Source: Prevotella sp. P5-108 | GTDB lineage: Bacteria > Bacteroidota > Bacteroidia > Bacteroidales > Bacteroidaceae | Direction: 5' to 3' | Assembly (NCBI GenBank): GCA_963608705.1 | Contig: CAVDHB010000048.1 | Location: 3,664-67,663, forward strand | DNA length: 64,000 bases | Part shown: positions 8,257-17,473 of the stretch, piece by piece | Position numbering within the stretch: position 1 is the first letter of the stretch | Layout of the letters: each line of letters opens with the position of its first letter | Translations under genes and position numbers: made by a program | Notes under the pieces: generated by a model | Database searches by the model: none | Told to the model about the DNA's origin: nothing | Seen by the model: only the letters and a program-made list of their open reading frames with translations

Positions 8257-10320
8257 ATGTGGTTCGTCGTCAAGACCGAAGTTTTCACCGAGCGGCGTTC
8301 GATAGACACCCTGCGTGAGAAATTCAAGGACACAATAGCCGACATCTATTTTCCCTTAAGAAAGAGGGTCTATAAAGATGACCAAGGGGAAGAGAAAGCG
8401 CGTTTCGTGCCTGTCCTGCGGGGACTGTTCTTCATCAGGGTCCAGGATGAAAGGCGTTTGAGCTGGATTCTTTCCCCGTACGGGTATTTCATGTACAAAG
8501 GCGTTGACTACACGGGAGGTGCGGAGACAGAACGCTTCTTCCTCACCCAGGCGCATCTTCTTTGCGCCGACCGCAAGTCATTGACATTGGGGGAAATCAT
8601 CAGACAGGCGAGAATCCCCGACGAGGAAATGGACCGCTTCATCTATTATACCGATAAACTCGGTGAGGGCATTGAGGGCCTGAGTATCGTGGACCAAAGA
8701 TACGGCGACCTCGTACGGGTGAATGACACCATACGCATTCTCAGCGGACCTTTGACGGGTTGGGTCGGCGTAATCAGGCAAATCAAACACAAGGGCAGGA
8801 AGGACCGTCATCTTCTGGTACGTTTCGGAAACAACCACTGTCTTAACATCTCCAATATCCGCCAGTACGACATGCGGATAGAGCACGAGGCGACGAAGGG
8901 CGCAAAGTCCGAGGAGGTGGGCGTATGGCGCGCCATAGACCAGATGACAGGCTATCTGCAGGCCAAGAATCCCGCCGGCAACGCGGCGGACACATTACGG
9001 AATATTTTCAAAGACTATCAAAAGAAAACCGCGGTCTACCGCAACCGCCGTATGTCAGACATCGCATACAGCGACAAGACAGCCGAAATGAAAGTCGCCC
9101 GGCGGAAAGAGGTTCTTGGGCATATTGACGAATCCATGCGGAACAATTTCCTTATACTCGCCAATTATTTCAAGGCGGACGGTGAGACCGTCGACCGGGG
9201 ATTAAAAGAACTCATCCCCGATGTGGTACTCCGTCCCTTCCTCACCCCCACTTCAGGCGTATCCATTCCACAAGGACAAGAGTATGCGGTTTTGTGCCAT
9301 AACGAAATCACAGAGCTCATCCTTCGCCGCAACCTCCGTGCTTTTTTCCGGGGCGAAGAATACGACTCCGGGAAGTACGCCCCCGTCTTTGAGGAAGACT
9401 ACGAGTATTACGCCCACTTCGCACTTTTGAAAACAGAGGAGGGCAAACTTAAGATTATCTGCTCATGGGGAGGTTTCTATGATTATTACGCCTCACAGAA
9501 CAAGGAAGAGCGGACGAAATTCATCGATGACTTAGAAGCGAAAAAATACCCCCGTCTGCATTACCTGCTGACGGAAAGCCCTTACAAGTTCGAGAGTACG
9601 AACGGCATAGGCGGCTTTTCCCTGGAAACAGACATGAATTACACAACCGATCCAGAGGAATTAGGCCGAGAGGCGAGCGAATACCTCACTCATAATCCCT
9701 CACTCCTCACCCAACTCACAGCCGCTGCCGTGGAAGTGTGGCAAGGAGCGCGCCTACTGGTTTGGCGGAAGTTGCTCCAACGTTACGTCCTGCTCCATAA
9801 GGTGCCGGTCACAGACCAACCTTCCGTCATCACTCACGACACCAAACTGGAAGAGGCGTTTGTGAAGGCGGACGGCAAGCTCGACATGACGAAGGTGGCC
9901 GAAACTTTGACAGCAAGTAAAGGAGTCATTGAGGAACATTTGGAAAACAAAGAGGTGGCGGAAGCCGTTTTCAAGTTTCTTTCCACCTCCTTGGTGTATG
10001 CCACCCATTTCGCCCAAGACGAGCTGTACAACTATGTCTGTGACACGTTCAACCCCGACAGAACCTTGTCCGGGTTGTTCAATCGCATTGTCGAACAATG
10101 CGGGGAGGCATCCAATAGTCGTTCCATCGTCAGGCATCTGCACAAAGGCATGGCCGAGTTGCAAGAGCTGGACTCTTGGAGATATTTCAAGTTCCCTTCA
10201 TTTCTCAAGCAAACGAGAAAGACAGACAAGGTAATTTCTTCCTTTCGTCCATCCACAACGCCTGGCCGGCTTGCAAAAAGGCGATCCGTCAAAGTAAGCA
10301 CTCCTGAAAAAGTATCCTAA
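8257..10320 (+). CDS. UpxY-like NusG-family transcription antiterminator with ~470-aa uncharacterised C-terminal extension
   Basis: The N-terminal ~215 aa shows an NGN-like region (WFVVKTEVFTERRSIDTLREK...FVPVLRGLFFIRV), the UpxY-typical IPDEEMDRFIYY, and a KOW (GDLVRVNDTIRILSGPLTGWVGVIRQIKHKGRKDRHLLVRF). The remaining sequence has no motif I recognise. Confidence 0.8.
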   Translation: MWFVVKTEVFTERRSIDTLREKFKDTIADIYFPLRKRVYKDDQGEEKARFVPVLRGLFFIRVQDERRLSWILSPYGYFMYKGVDYTGGAETERFFLTQAHLLCADRKSLTLGEIIRQARIPDEEMDRFIYYTDKLGEGIEGLSIVDQRYGDLVRVNDTIRILSGPLTGWVGVIRQIKHKGRKDRHLLVRFGNNHCLNISNIRQYDMRIEHEATKGAKSEEVGVWRAIDQMTGYLQAKNPAGNAADTLRNIFKDYQKKTAVYRNRRMSDIAYSDKTAEMKVARRKEVLGHIDESMRNNFLILANYFKADGETVDRGLKELIPDVVLRPFLTPTSGVSIPQGQEYAVLCHNEITELILRRNLRAFFRGEEYDSGKYAPVFEEDYEYYAHFALLKTEEGKLKIICSWGGFYDYYASQNKEERTKFIDDLEAKKYPRLHYLLTESPYKFESTNGIGGFSLETDMNYTTDPEELGREASEYLTHNPSLLTQLTAAAVEVWQGARLLVWRKLLQRYVLLHKVPVTDQPSVITHDTKLEEAFVKADGKLDMTKVAETLTASKGVIEEHLENKEVAEAVFKFLSTSLVYATHFAQDELYNYVCDTFNPDRTLSGLFNRIVEQCGEASNSRSIVRHLHKGMAELQELDSWRYFKFPSFLKQTRKTDKVISSFRPSTTPGRLAKRRSVKVSTPEKVS

Positions 10321-10370
10321 GATACATGGCCAAGTATCTTAAGATACATCGCCAAGTATCCTAAGATACT
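10311..10370. repeat. Three tandem 22-bp units each containing the palindrome GTATC-N4-GATAC
   Basis: AGTATCCTAAGATACA (10311), AGTATCTTAAGATACA (10333), AGTATCCTAAGATACT (10355), with exact 22-bp phasing. The first copy overlaps the stop codon of the upxY-like gene. Confidence 0.85.
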
Positions 10371-10463
10371 TTGAAAAGTGACCCTAGACATAGAAAACAT
10401 GGAGGGGATTATTTGCAGATATGGGGATAAGTCCTTATCTTCGCAAAAAACAATCTTGACGGT

Positions 10464-12035
10464 ATGATGGAACGACGCAGAAAACTTTACCCCATAGGAA
10501 TACAGACTTTCTCGAACATACGGGAAGGCGACTATCTGTATATAGACAAGACGGAGTATGTGTACTGTATGGCCACATCTGACGCCAAGTACATATTCCT
10601 CAGTCGTCCACGCAGGTTTGGGAAATCTCTGCTCACCTCCACTCTGGAAAGTTATTTCTCCGGGAAAAAGGAATTGTTCAAAGGCTTGGCCATTGAGAAG
10701 CTGGAGAAGGAATGGACGGAATACCCAGTGCTTCACTTTGACATGAGCTTGGGTAAGTACATGGACAAGGAACAGCTGGAAGAATACTTGTGCTATCAGC
10801 TTCTTGACAAAGAATCTGCTTTTGGCATAACAAATCCTGTTAAAGGAACAAACAACCGTCTGACAAACCTTATCAAGACGGCATATAATAAGATCGGCAA
10901 GAAAGTCGTCATTCTCATAGATGAATATGACGCCCCTTTGCTCGATGTGGTGCATGAGGAGAAGAATCTCCCTGTCCTACGTGACGTGATGCGCAACTTC
11001 TACAGTCCGTTGAAAGGTTGCGACCCCTATTTGCGCTTCGTCTTCCTGACTGGAATAACGAAGTTCTCACAGCTCAGCATCTTCAGCGAGCTGAACAACA
11101 TCGACAACATCAGTATGGATGAGCGTTACGCTGCCGTATGTGGCATAACCGAAGAGGAGATGCTCACTCAAATGGACAACGACCTGAACCTGTTGGCGGA
11201 TAATTTGAAAATGACCAAGGAGGATGCTCTGTCAAAATTGAAGGAAAACTACGACGGCTATCACTTCACGTGGCCTTCCCCTGACATCTACAATCCTTTC
11301 AGTTTGCTCACGGCGTTGTCTAAAGGTAAGATCGGATCTTACTGGTTCGGTAGCGGAACTCCCACCTACCTGATAGAGATGCTGGCAAAATATCATGTCA
11401 CACCTCAGAGAATAGGCGGAATGAGTATTCCCGCCGATGCTTTTGATGCCCCGACAGAACGGCTGATAGATATATCACCACTGCTTTACCAAAGTGGATA
11501 TATCACCATCAAAGGCTATTCCTACATTACGGAGCTGTACACATTGGACATACCTAACAAGGAGGTGAGGGTAGGCTTGATGAAAAGCCTGCTTCCGAAT
11601 TATGTCAGCGTCCATACGAACATGGGGCTTTCCACAATAGGACAGATGTACGGGCGCATATATGAGGATGACATGGACGGAGCGTTAGAACTCTTGCAAA
11701 CATTTCTCTCCACCGTTCCCTATTGCGACCATACCGACTACGAGGGGCATTATCAGCAGATGCTCTACGTGATTTTCAGCATCTTGGGAATGTATACCGA
11801 TGTAGAGGTACGCACTCCTCGTGGAAGAGTAGACATAGTAATGCGTTCACCTCATACCTTATATATTATGGAGTTGAAACTCGACAAGGGTGCAGACGTG
11901 GCGATGAACCAGATAGACTTGAAGCAGTATCCTGAGCGTTTCCGCCTGTACAGACTGCCTATCGTTAAGGTGGGTATCAGTTTCGACAGCGGAACACACA
12001 CACTTGGGGAATGGAAGATTACGCAAGACGCTTAA
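10464..12035 (+). CDS. AAA-ATPase-like domain protein with C-terminal PD-(D/E)XK nuclease-like domain (PF09820/PF08011-type)
   Basis: YPIGIQTFSNIREGDYLYIDKTEY...SRPRRFGKSL N-terminus. C-terminal GRVDIVMRSPHTLYIMELKLDK (D..E.K). This family is very common in Bacteroides. Confidence 0.8.
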   Translation: MMERRRKLYPIGIQTFSNIREGDYLYIDKTEYVYCMATSDAKYIFLSRPRRFGKSLLTSTLESYFSGKKELFKGLAIEKLEKEWTEYPVLHFDMSLGKYMDKEQLEEYLCYQLLDKESAFGITNPVKGTNNRLTNLIKTAYNKIGKKVVILIDEYDAPLLDVVHEEKNLPVLRDVMRNFYSPLKGCDPYLRFVFLTGITKFSQLSIFSELNNIDNISMDERYAAVCGITEEEMLTQMDNDLNLLADNLKMTKEDALSKLKENYDGYHFTWPSPDIYNPFSLLTALSKGKIGSYWFGSGTPTYLIEMLAKYHVTPQRIGGMSIPADAFDAPTERLIDISPLLYQSGYITIKGYSYITELYTLDIPNKEVRVGLMKSLLPNYVSVHTNMGLSTIGQMYGRIYEDDMDGALELLQTFLSTVPYCDHTDYEGHYQQMLYVIFSILGMYTDVEVRTPRGRVDIVMRSPHTLYIMELKLDKGADVAMNQIDLKQYPERFRLYRLPIVKVGISFDSGTHTLGEWKITQDA

Positions 12036-12101
12036 ACTCTATGGAGCAGCCTTGAAAGCATGGAACAACTGTGGAAAAAAGCACGTTGAATCCTCTCATG
12101 T

Positions 12102-12551
12102 ATGTCCGAGATAATTTTCAATATATACGGAGGCAATAACCAAATCCTCCCCAATGCCGCTCATGCCGAGCAGCACTTCTACGGCGACGCTTTCGCGGAG
12201 GAACGACTCGTAAGAGAGAGCGTCGCGCCCCTTACGGCAGAGGAGAAGGCACTGTCCATCTATATAAACAAGGTGGAAAAGTTGCGTGGTTACATAGCCC
12301 TCCTTCGTTCCTGCAAGACCGCAGGGGATTTTGGCGAGGTGGTCGCCACGATGCGTCAGCAAGAGCCATCGCTCACCGACGAGCTGATAGTGAAGCGGCG
12401 TTTCCTCTCCCTTCTCCTTCCTTTTCTTCCCAAATGGGAAAAAGGGCGGAGCATAGACAACCTGCGGGTGGCTGTCAACAACGCATGGTCGGCTCGGAAG
12501 AAAACGCTTCATCCGACTGGTCGAACTGCCATTCAAAAGTCATGTAAGTGA
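12102..12551 (+). CDS. Hypothetical protein (149 aa)
   Basis: ATG-initiated ORF co-directional with neighbours, with plausible helical composition. An equal-length antisense ORF exists, so the strand choice is not certain. Confidence 0.5.
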   Translation: MSEIIFNIYGGNNQILPNAAHAEQHFYGDAFAEERLVRESVAPLTAEEKALSIYINKVEKLRGYIALLRSCKTAGDFGEVVATMRQQEPSLTDELIVKRRFLSLLLPFLPKWEKGRSIDNLRVAVNNAWSARKKTLHPTGRTAIQKSCK

Positions 12552-12658
12552 CTTTGCAAAGTTACGAAAGCGTTGATAGAATGAAATAATTATCTGAATG
12601 TTTGATTGTCTCAAATACAATTGTATATCTGTGTCAGATTTTAAAGATAAGACGTATT

Positions 12659-12883
12659 ATGGCAACTCAAGTGTTACGATTCAATCTCACTCAGCAAGCC
12701 GTGCTCAATGTGGTAGCTTGCTTACAATCTGAGCAAGATTTGGCAGATTTGAGACGGACTCTCGTTAAGTTCATGAACGAACGTATGCAGCGAGAAATGG
12801 ACAAATTGTGGGAATCCGGCTCTTGGTCTGAGGAAAGACTGGAATCCATGCGCTCTGAGCACCTACGAACCCTTTACAAATAA
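12659..12883 (+). CDS. Putative antitoxin partner of the PIN toxin (74 aa)
   Basis: Small helical ORF from ATG 12659 ending 7 nt before the PIN gene. The assignment is positional only. Confidence 0.5.
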   Translation: MATQVLRFNLTQQAVLNVVACLQSEQDLADLRRTLVKFMNERMQREMDKLWESGSWSEERLESMRSEHLRTLYK

Positions 12884-12890
12884 TTTACGT

Positions 12891-13304
12891 ATGAAAAGGC
12901 GTATTGTCTTGGATACAAATTGTTTGTTGCAGATAATTTCTCGCAAAAGCAAGAACTATTTCCTGTGGAATGGATTCTTGAATGGTGACTATTGGCTTTG
13001 TTATACGACAGAAGGAGTACGAAGAATTATAGGAACGAAAGCCAATCCAGTCATTGCTTCAATGGTGTTGAACATTATATGCGAAGCACCTAACACGTTA
13101 AGGGTTGACGCCCGTTATCATTGGAATCTGATTACGGAGGATTCGAATGACAATAAGTTTGTTGACTGTGCCATATTCTGTAATGCGGATTATATTGTTT
13201 CTGAAGATAAACATTTTAAGGTCTTGAAAAAAGTTAAATTTCTAAAAGTTTTCGTCATTCGATTAGAAGAATTTGCAAGACTGTTTAGAACACAAGAACA
13301 ATGA
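12891..13304 (+). CDS. PIN-domain toxin (TIGR00305-like)
   Basis: IVLDTNCLL N-terminal acidic motif and DNKFVDCAIFCNADYIVSEDKHF C-terminal motif. Confidence 0.75.
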   Translation: MKRRIVLDTNCLLQIISRKSKNYFLWNGFLNGDYWLCYTTEGVRRIIGTKANPVIASMVLNIICEAPNTLRVDARYHWNLITEDSNDNKFVDCAIFCNADYIVSEDKHFKVLKKVKFLKVFVIRLEEFARLFRTQEQ

Positions 13305-13747
13305 GGTTCTTTAAGCCATAGTTTAAAGGCAAAATCTGTACTGAACATATTATGTACGTTCGGGCTTTTGGCAAGTTGTAAATGTAAAGTAGTTGAAACA
13401 AATGCTCCGTCATGATTATAAGAAATGTACAGGCGAAGAACCCAAGTTCGTAAATGTATGGTAATATGAAAGAGCTATCAAGCGTTGAGAAATCGCTTAT
13501 TCAAATCATGGTTCGCATACGCTAATGAAAAAGACCAATACATGATAATGATGGCCAACGTGCGTGATTTGGAAGAAATGGACATTTATGCTGCTATGAT
13601 TCTGAGAAAAGACAACCCGCATTTTGTCGATTATATATCTGAATTCAGCAAGAATGTCAATATGTTTATGATAAAGTCAGAGTAAGAATCATATAAAACG
13701 AAGGCAACCCGATAGACTGTAATATTGTAGAGTACGCTGTCCAGCTA

Positions 13748-14034
13748 TTGACTACACTGCGCAATTCCATGCTCCACTTTGTCAGCGACGAAAGAGCGAA
13801 GATGGCTGCCACTTACCACAACATTATCAGTACGGTGAAGCTGCAAGGAAGGTCGGCATGGGATTATCTTGTAAAGTTTTTCGTTAATGTCTTTAACGGT
13901 TGCAGGGATTTTATCAGCCTACGGACAGACAATATCGGATTGGCAGTATGCTAATAGTTAATAAACACATTGAATTTTAACCACTCAATATATAGGCACC
14001 TATACAAGGGGTATGCCCTAATTTGAGTGCTTAC
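13748..14034 (+). mobile_element. IS66-family remnant: 3' end of transposase plus terminal inverted repeat
   Basis: LRNSMLHFVSDERAKMAATYHNIISTVKLQGRSAWDYLVKFF matches the conserved IS66 TnpC C-terminus (..NxLFxGSxxGA..YSLIxTCKLNG..YL..). The downstream sequence ends ..GAGTGCTTAC, the reverse complement of a GTAAGC-type IS66 end. No upstream transposase body is present. Confidence 0.65.
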
Positions 14035-14243
14035 TTTATGGGCGAGGAGGTGGATATCTCATTCTTGCCATGTGACTATGTTCGCCATTTTGAAGACGGC
14101 AAGGATGCAGAGGTCACTAAGCCATCCCAAGCTGTCGCTTGATTGTTAAATAATAAAAATCGAAACTTTATTCAAAAATACTGGTATAACTAACCCACTG
14201 ATAAATAGTGTGAACGCTGTATTGGTGGCTTACATTTTAAAAT

Positions 14244-14600
14244 ATGAAAATCATCTTAAATACAGAAAATACATTCCAAGCTGTAAAGTTGAGGGAACTG
14301 GTAATTAAAGGTATCAAGGGGGAAATAGAAAATATAAATATCAATACTTGGAGTTATACTAAGTCTGTTGAAAAATATGATATTGTTTTCCATAACCCAG
14401 AGCAATACTTAAACGATCCAGAAAAAAATGTACTTTTCAAATTAGATGTAGATGGTTCTTTTATCGTACTATCAATTGTATGGTGGAAGAAGAATCCTGA
14501 ACCTTCTGATGAAATGAAATGCTACCATGTAGGTAAGTTGGTAGAAATGCTGTTATGCCATTTTCGAAACAACTATATAAAACTTAGTATTGTTGACTAA
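14244..14600 (+). CDS. Hypothetical protein (118 aa), upstream partner of the HEPN-like gene
   Basis: AT-rich ATG ORF ending 11 nt before the next gene. No recognisable motif. Confidence 0.6.
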   Translation: MKIILNTENTFQAVKLRELVIKGIKGEIENININTWSYTKSVEKYDIVFHNPEQYLNDPEKNVLFKLDVDGSFIVLSIVWWKKNPEPSDEMKCYHVGKLVEMLLCHFRNNYIKLSIVD

Positions 14601-14611
14601 ATATAACGATT

Positions 14612-15922
14612 ATGGGTGCAAATATAGGAAACGAAGATATGAATCCCATCTTAGAAGAGGTTGTAAGTAATTTGAATAACTTTATAGAAAATATTAATTG
14701 CTTACGTGAAACATACGATTTCAGCAAAGGTATGCTTAATCAGCAATTACAATCTGCTACCAAAAGCTATGAGATTTTTATTGCTCCATTTCGTTCATTT
14801 GATGAAAAGGGTAATTTTCAGTTGGATGTTCCTATAGAAAAAATAAAAGAGTACAAGAAGTTATGCAAGAGAAAATGCCGTGCAGAAAAGGCTTTCCAAC
14901 TGATACCGCCTTCATATATTGTAACTTTGGTATCTTTATATGATACTTTTTTGGCTGGTTTTGTTAGGTGTATATATAGCTTGAAGGAAAGTTTGATTCT
15001 TGAAAGTAATATAAGCTTTAGTTTTCGGGATATAGCTGAATATGGCTCTATAAAAGAAGTAAAGAAGAACGTAATAGATAATACCATTGACAGACTATTT
15101 CGCGACTCGCATACGGAACAAATCGACTGGATAGAAAAAGCTATAGATGTTAAGACGTTGAAGCAATTTTCTGGATGGGCTTCTTTTGTTGAATTGACTG
15201 AGAGACGTAATCTTTTTGTTCATTCCGATGGAATGGTATCGTCTCAATATTTGAAAGAATGCAAAAAGTGCAATTATGACACTGATGGTATTGAGGTTGG
15301 AAGTAAACTCTTTGCTGATGATAGTTACTTCGAAAACTCATACAAATTACTTTATGAAATGTCTGTAATGATGACACAGATATTACTTAACAAGCTTTAT
15401 ATTGGTGTCTATACAAACGATACTGGGGTGCGAGATAAAATATTGATAGGTAATATCTATGAATTAATTAGCGAAAAACTTTACGATGTAGCTATTAATG
15501 TTTCGATGTTTGCTCGTGATGGAAAAAGTTTTAAGCGTAATAATAAAGATAGAACTTATATTGAGTTAAATTTGGCTCAAGCTTATAAATGGTCAGGGCA
15601 TAATGACAAATGCCTTGCAGTATTGAGGGATTTGGATACTAGCGCAATGAATCTTGACTTACAGATACCTAAGAAAGTGTTAGAAGAAAAATATGATGAG
15701 GTATATACTATGATGAAATCTTTAGGTTCAGGCAGTGATATACTTACCAAAGAGGCTTATCGTGAATGGCCAATATTCAAAGAAATAAGAAAGCAAGAGA
15801 AGTTCAAGAATGTATTTGAAATGATATTTGCAGAAAAATTATTATTACAGAATGTTCCAACCTCAGTGGAATCTTCTATAAAATGCAAGGATGAAATATC
15901 CTCAAGAGAAGTCGAATTATAA
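14612..15922 (+). CDS. HEPN-like (RNxxxH motif) protein with helical-repeat C-terminal region
   Basis: ELTERRNLFVHSDG contains R199-N-x3-H204 (nt 15206-15223), the canonical HEPN RNase motif in a helical context. The C-terminal ~170 aa looks TPR/helical-repeat-like. Confidence 0.6.
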   Translation: MGANIGNEDMNPILEEVVSNLNNFIENINCLRETYDFSKGMLNQQLQSATKSYEIFIAPFRSFDEKGNFQLDVPIEKIKEYKKLCKRKCRAEKAFQLIPPSYIVTLVSLYDTFLAGFVRCIYSLKESLILESNISFSFRDIAEYGSIKEVKKNVIDNTIDRLFRDSHTEQIDWIEKAIDVKTLKQFSGWASFVELTERRNLFVHSDGMVSSQYLKECKKCNYDTDGIEVGSKLFADDSYFENSYKLLYEMSVMMTQILLNKLYIGVYTNDTGVRDKILIGNIYELISEKLYDVAINVSMFARDGKSFKRNNKDRTYIELNLAQAYKWSGHNDKCLAVLRDLDTSAMNLDLQIPKKVLEEKYDEVYTMMKSLGSGSDILTKEAYREWPIFKEIRKQEKFKNVFEMIFAEKLLLQNVPTSVESSIKCKDEISSREVEL

Positions 15923-15934
15923 TTCCTAGAAAAA

Positions 15935-17473
15935 GTGTCAACTCAAACATCAGATAACAACAAACGAATAGCAAAGAACACGCTGCTGCTGTATGTGCGG
16001 ATGCTGTTCATGATGGCAGTGTTGCTGTACACAAGCCGTGTCATATTGAATACGCTGGGTGTGCAGGACTTCGGACTGTACAATGTCGTTGCCGGGTTCG
16101 TGACCATGTTCACGTTCATCAATACCGCCATGGCATCCGCCACACAACGGTATCTGAACTTTGAGCTTGGAAAGAATAATGATGAACGGCTGAGAAAAGT
16201 GTTCTCAACGAGCGTGAATATCCATGCGGTGATATCTTTGGTCATATTGCTACTTGCGGAAACCGTCGGGCTGTGGTTCGTATACACTCAACTGACAATT
16301 CCGAACGGGCGTATGGATGCCGTGCTTTGGGTCTATCAGTGTGCCATACTTTCCACTATCGTGTTGGTGATGAGCGTTCCGTACAATGCCGCAATCATCG
16401 CCCATGAAAAGATGGGGGCATTCGCCTACATATCCGTTGCGGAGGTTACTCTGAAACTGCTCATTGTCTACATGCTGACGATAGGCGATTTTGACAAACT
16501 GAAACTGTATGCCATACTGATGCTGGCTGTGCAGGTGTTTGTAAGAATCATATATGGCTGGTACAGCGGAAAGCATTTCAAGGAGACTAAGTATCATTGG
16601 ATATGGGACAAGGCGTTGTTCAAGGAAATGACAGGTTTTGCAGGGTGGAGCTTGTTCGGCAATCTTGCGGCTGTCGCTTTTACTCAAGGCGTGAACGTCC
16701 TGTTGAACATATTTTTTGGTCCAGTTGTCAATGCAGCCCGTGGTGTTACTGTGCAGGTACAGAATGCGATAATGAACTTCTGCCGCAATTTCCAGATGGC
16801 ATTGAACCCTCAAATTGTAAAACTCTATGCTTCTGATGAATTGGGAAGTATGCACAGACTGATATACCGCAGCACAAAGTTCTCGTTTTTCCTGTTGCTG
16901 TTACTCTCCCTTCCTGTCATGATAGAAGCGGACTATATATTAAAATTGTGGCTGAAAATTGTTCCCGAGCATACAGTCTCATTTGTCAGGATAATCCTTT
17001 GCATATCACTTGTTGATGCGATAGGCAATCCGCTGATAACAGCGGCACAGGCAAATGGCCATATCCGTAAATACCAGGCTGTGGTGGGCGGAATTCTTTT
17101 GGGCATAGTTCCAGTATCATACATCGTGTTGAAACTTGGCGCACCGCCAGTAGGCGTATTCATTGTACACTTCACAATGATCGTGTTGGCTCATGTCTCA
17201 CGTGTTTGGATGATACGCCCGATGATTTCGATGCGCATAAGGGAATATATCGTGAAAGCCATTCTTCCTTTGCTCTATGTGAGCGTTCCGTCAGTGCTTG
17301 TGTCAGTCATGGCGTTCATGCTGATGCCTGAAGGCTTCCTTGGCTTCATTGCCGTATGCCTCGTGTGCGCCTTGTCAGTATCTATGTTGACATACGTTCT
17401 TGGTTTTGACGCACATGAGCGTGAGTTCGTGAAAAGTAAAGTTGTCGGAATGCTTCAAAAGATACGCAAATGA
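15935..17473 (+). CDS. wzx: Wzx-type polysaccharide flippase (MOP superfamily)
   Basis: Multi-TM protein with conserved IAKNTLLLYVRMLFMMAVLLYTSRVILNTLGVQDFGLYNVVAG N-terminus. That region precedes the first in-frame ATG, so the GTG start at 15935 is implied. Confidence 0.85.
   Translation: MSTQTSDNNKRIAKNTLLLYVRMLFMMAVLLYTSRVILNTLGVQDFGLYNVVAGFVTMFTFINTAMASATQRYLNFELGKNNDERLRKVFSTSVNIHAVISLVILLLAETVGLWFVYTQLTIPNGRMDAVLWVYQCAILSTIVLVMSVPYNAAIIAHEKMGAFAYISVAEVTLKLLIVYMLTIGDFDKLKLYAILMLAVQVFVRIIYGWYSGKHFKETKYHWIWDKALFKEMTGFAGWSLFGNLAAVAFTQGVNVLLNIFFGPVVNAARGVTVQVQNAIMNFCRNFQMALNPQIVKLYASDELGSMHRLIYRSTKFSFFLLLLLSLPVMIEADYILKLWLKIVPEHTVSFVRIILCISLVDAIGNPLITAAQANGHIRKYQAVVGGILLGIVPVSYIVLKLGAPPVGVFIVHFTMIVLAHVSRVWMIRPMISMRIREYIVKAILPLLYVSVPSVLVSVMAFMLMPEGFLGFIAVCLVCALSVSMLTYVLGFDAHEREFVKSKVVGMLQKIRK

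Noticed and set aside
10317-10955. 212-aa minus-strand ORF; also 32766-33416 (-), 216 aa.
   Set aside because: Both are antisense to the AAA-ATPase-like and WecB/TagA genes, whose + strand products have clear family signatures. These are shadow ORFs.
12096-12536. 146-aa minus-strand ORF mirroring the 12102-12551 + ORF.
   Set aside because: The + strand product is co-directional with the operon and has more protein-like composition. This remains uncertain without homology data.
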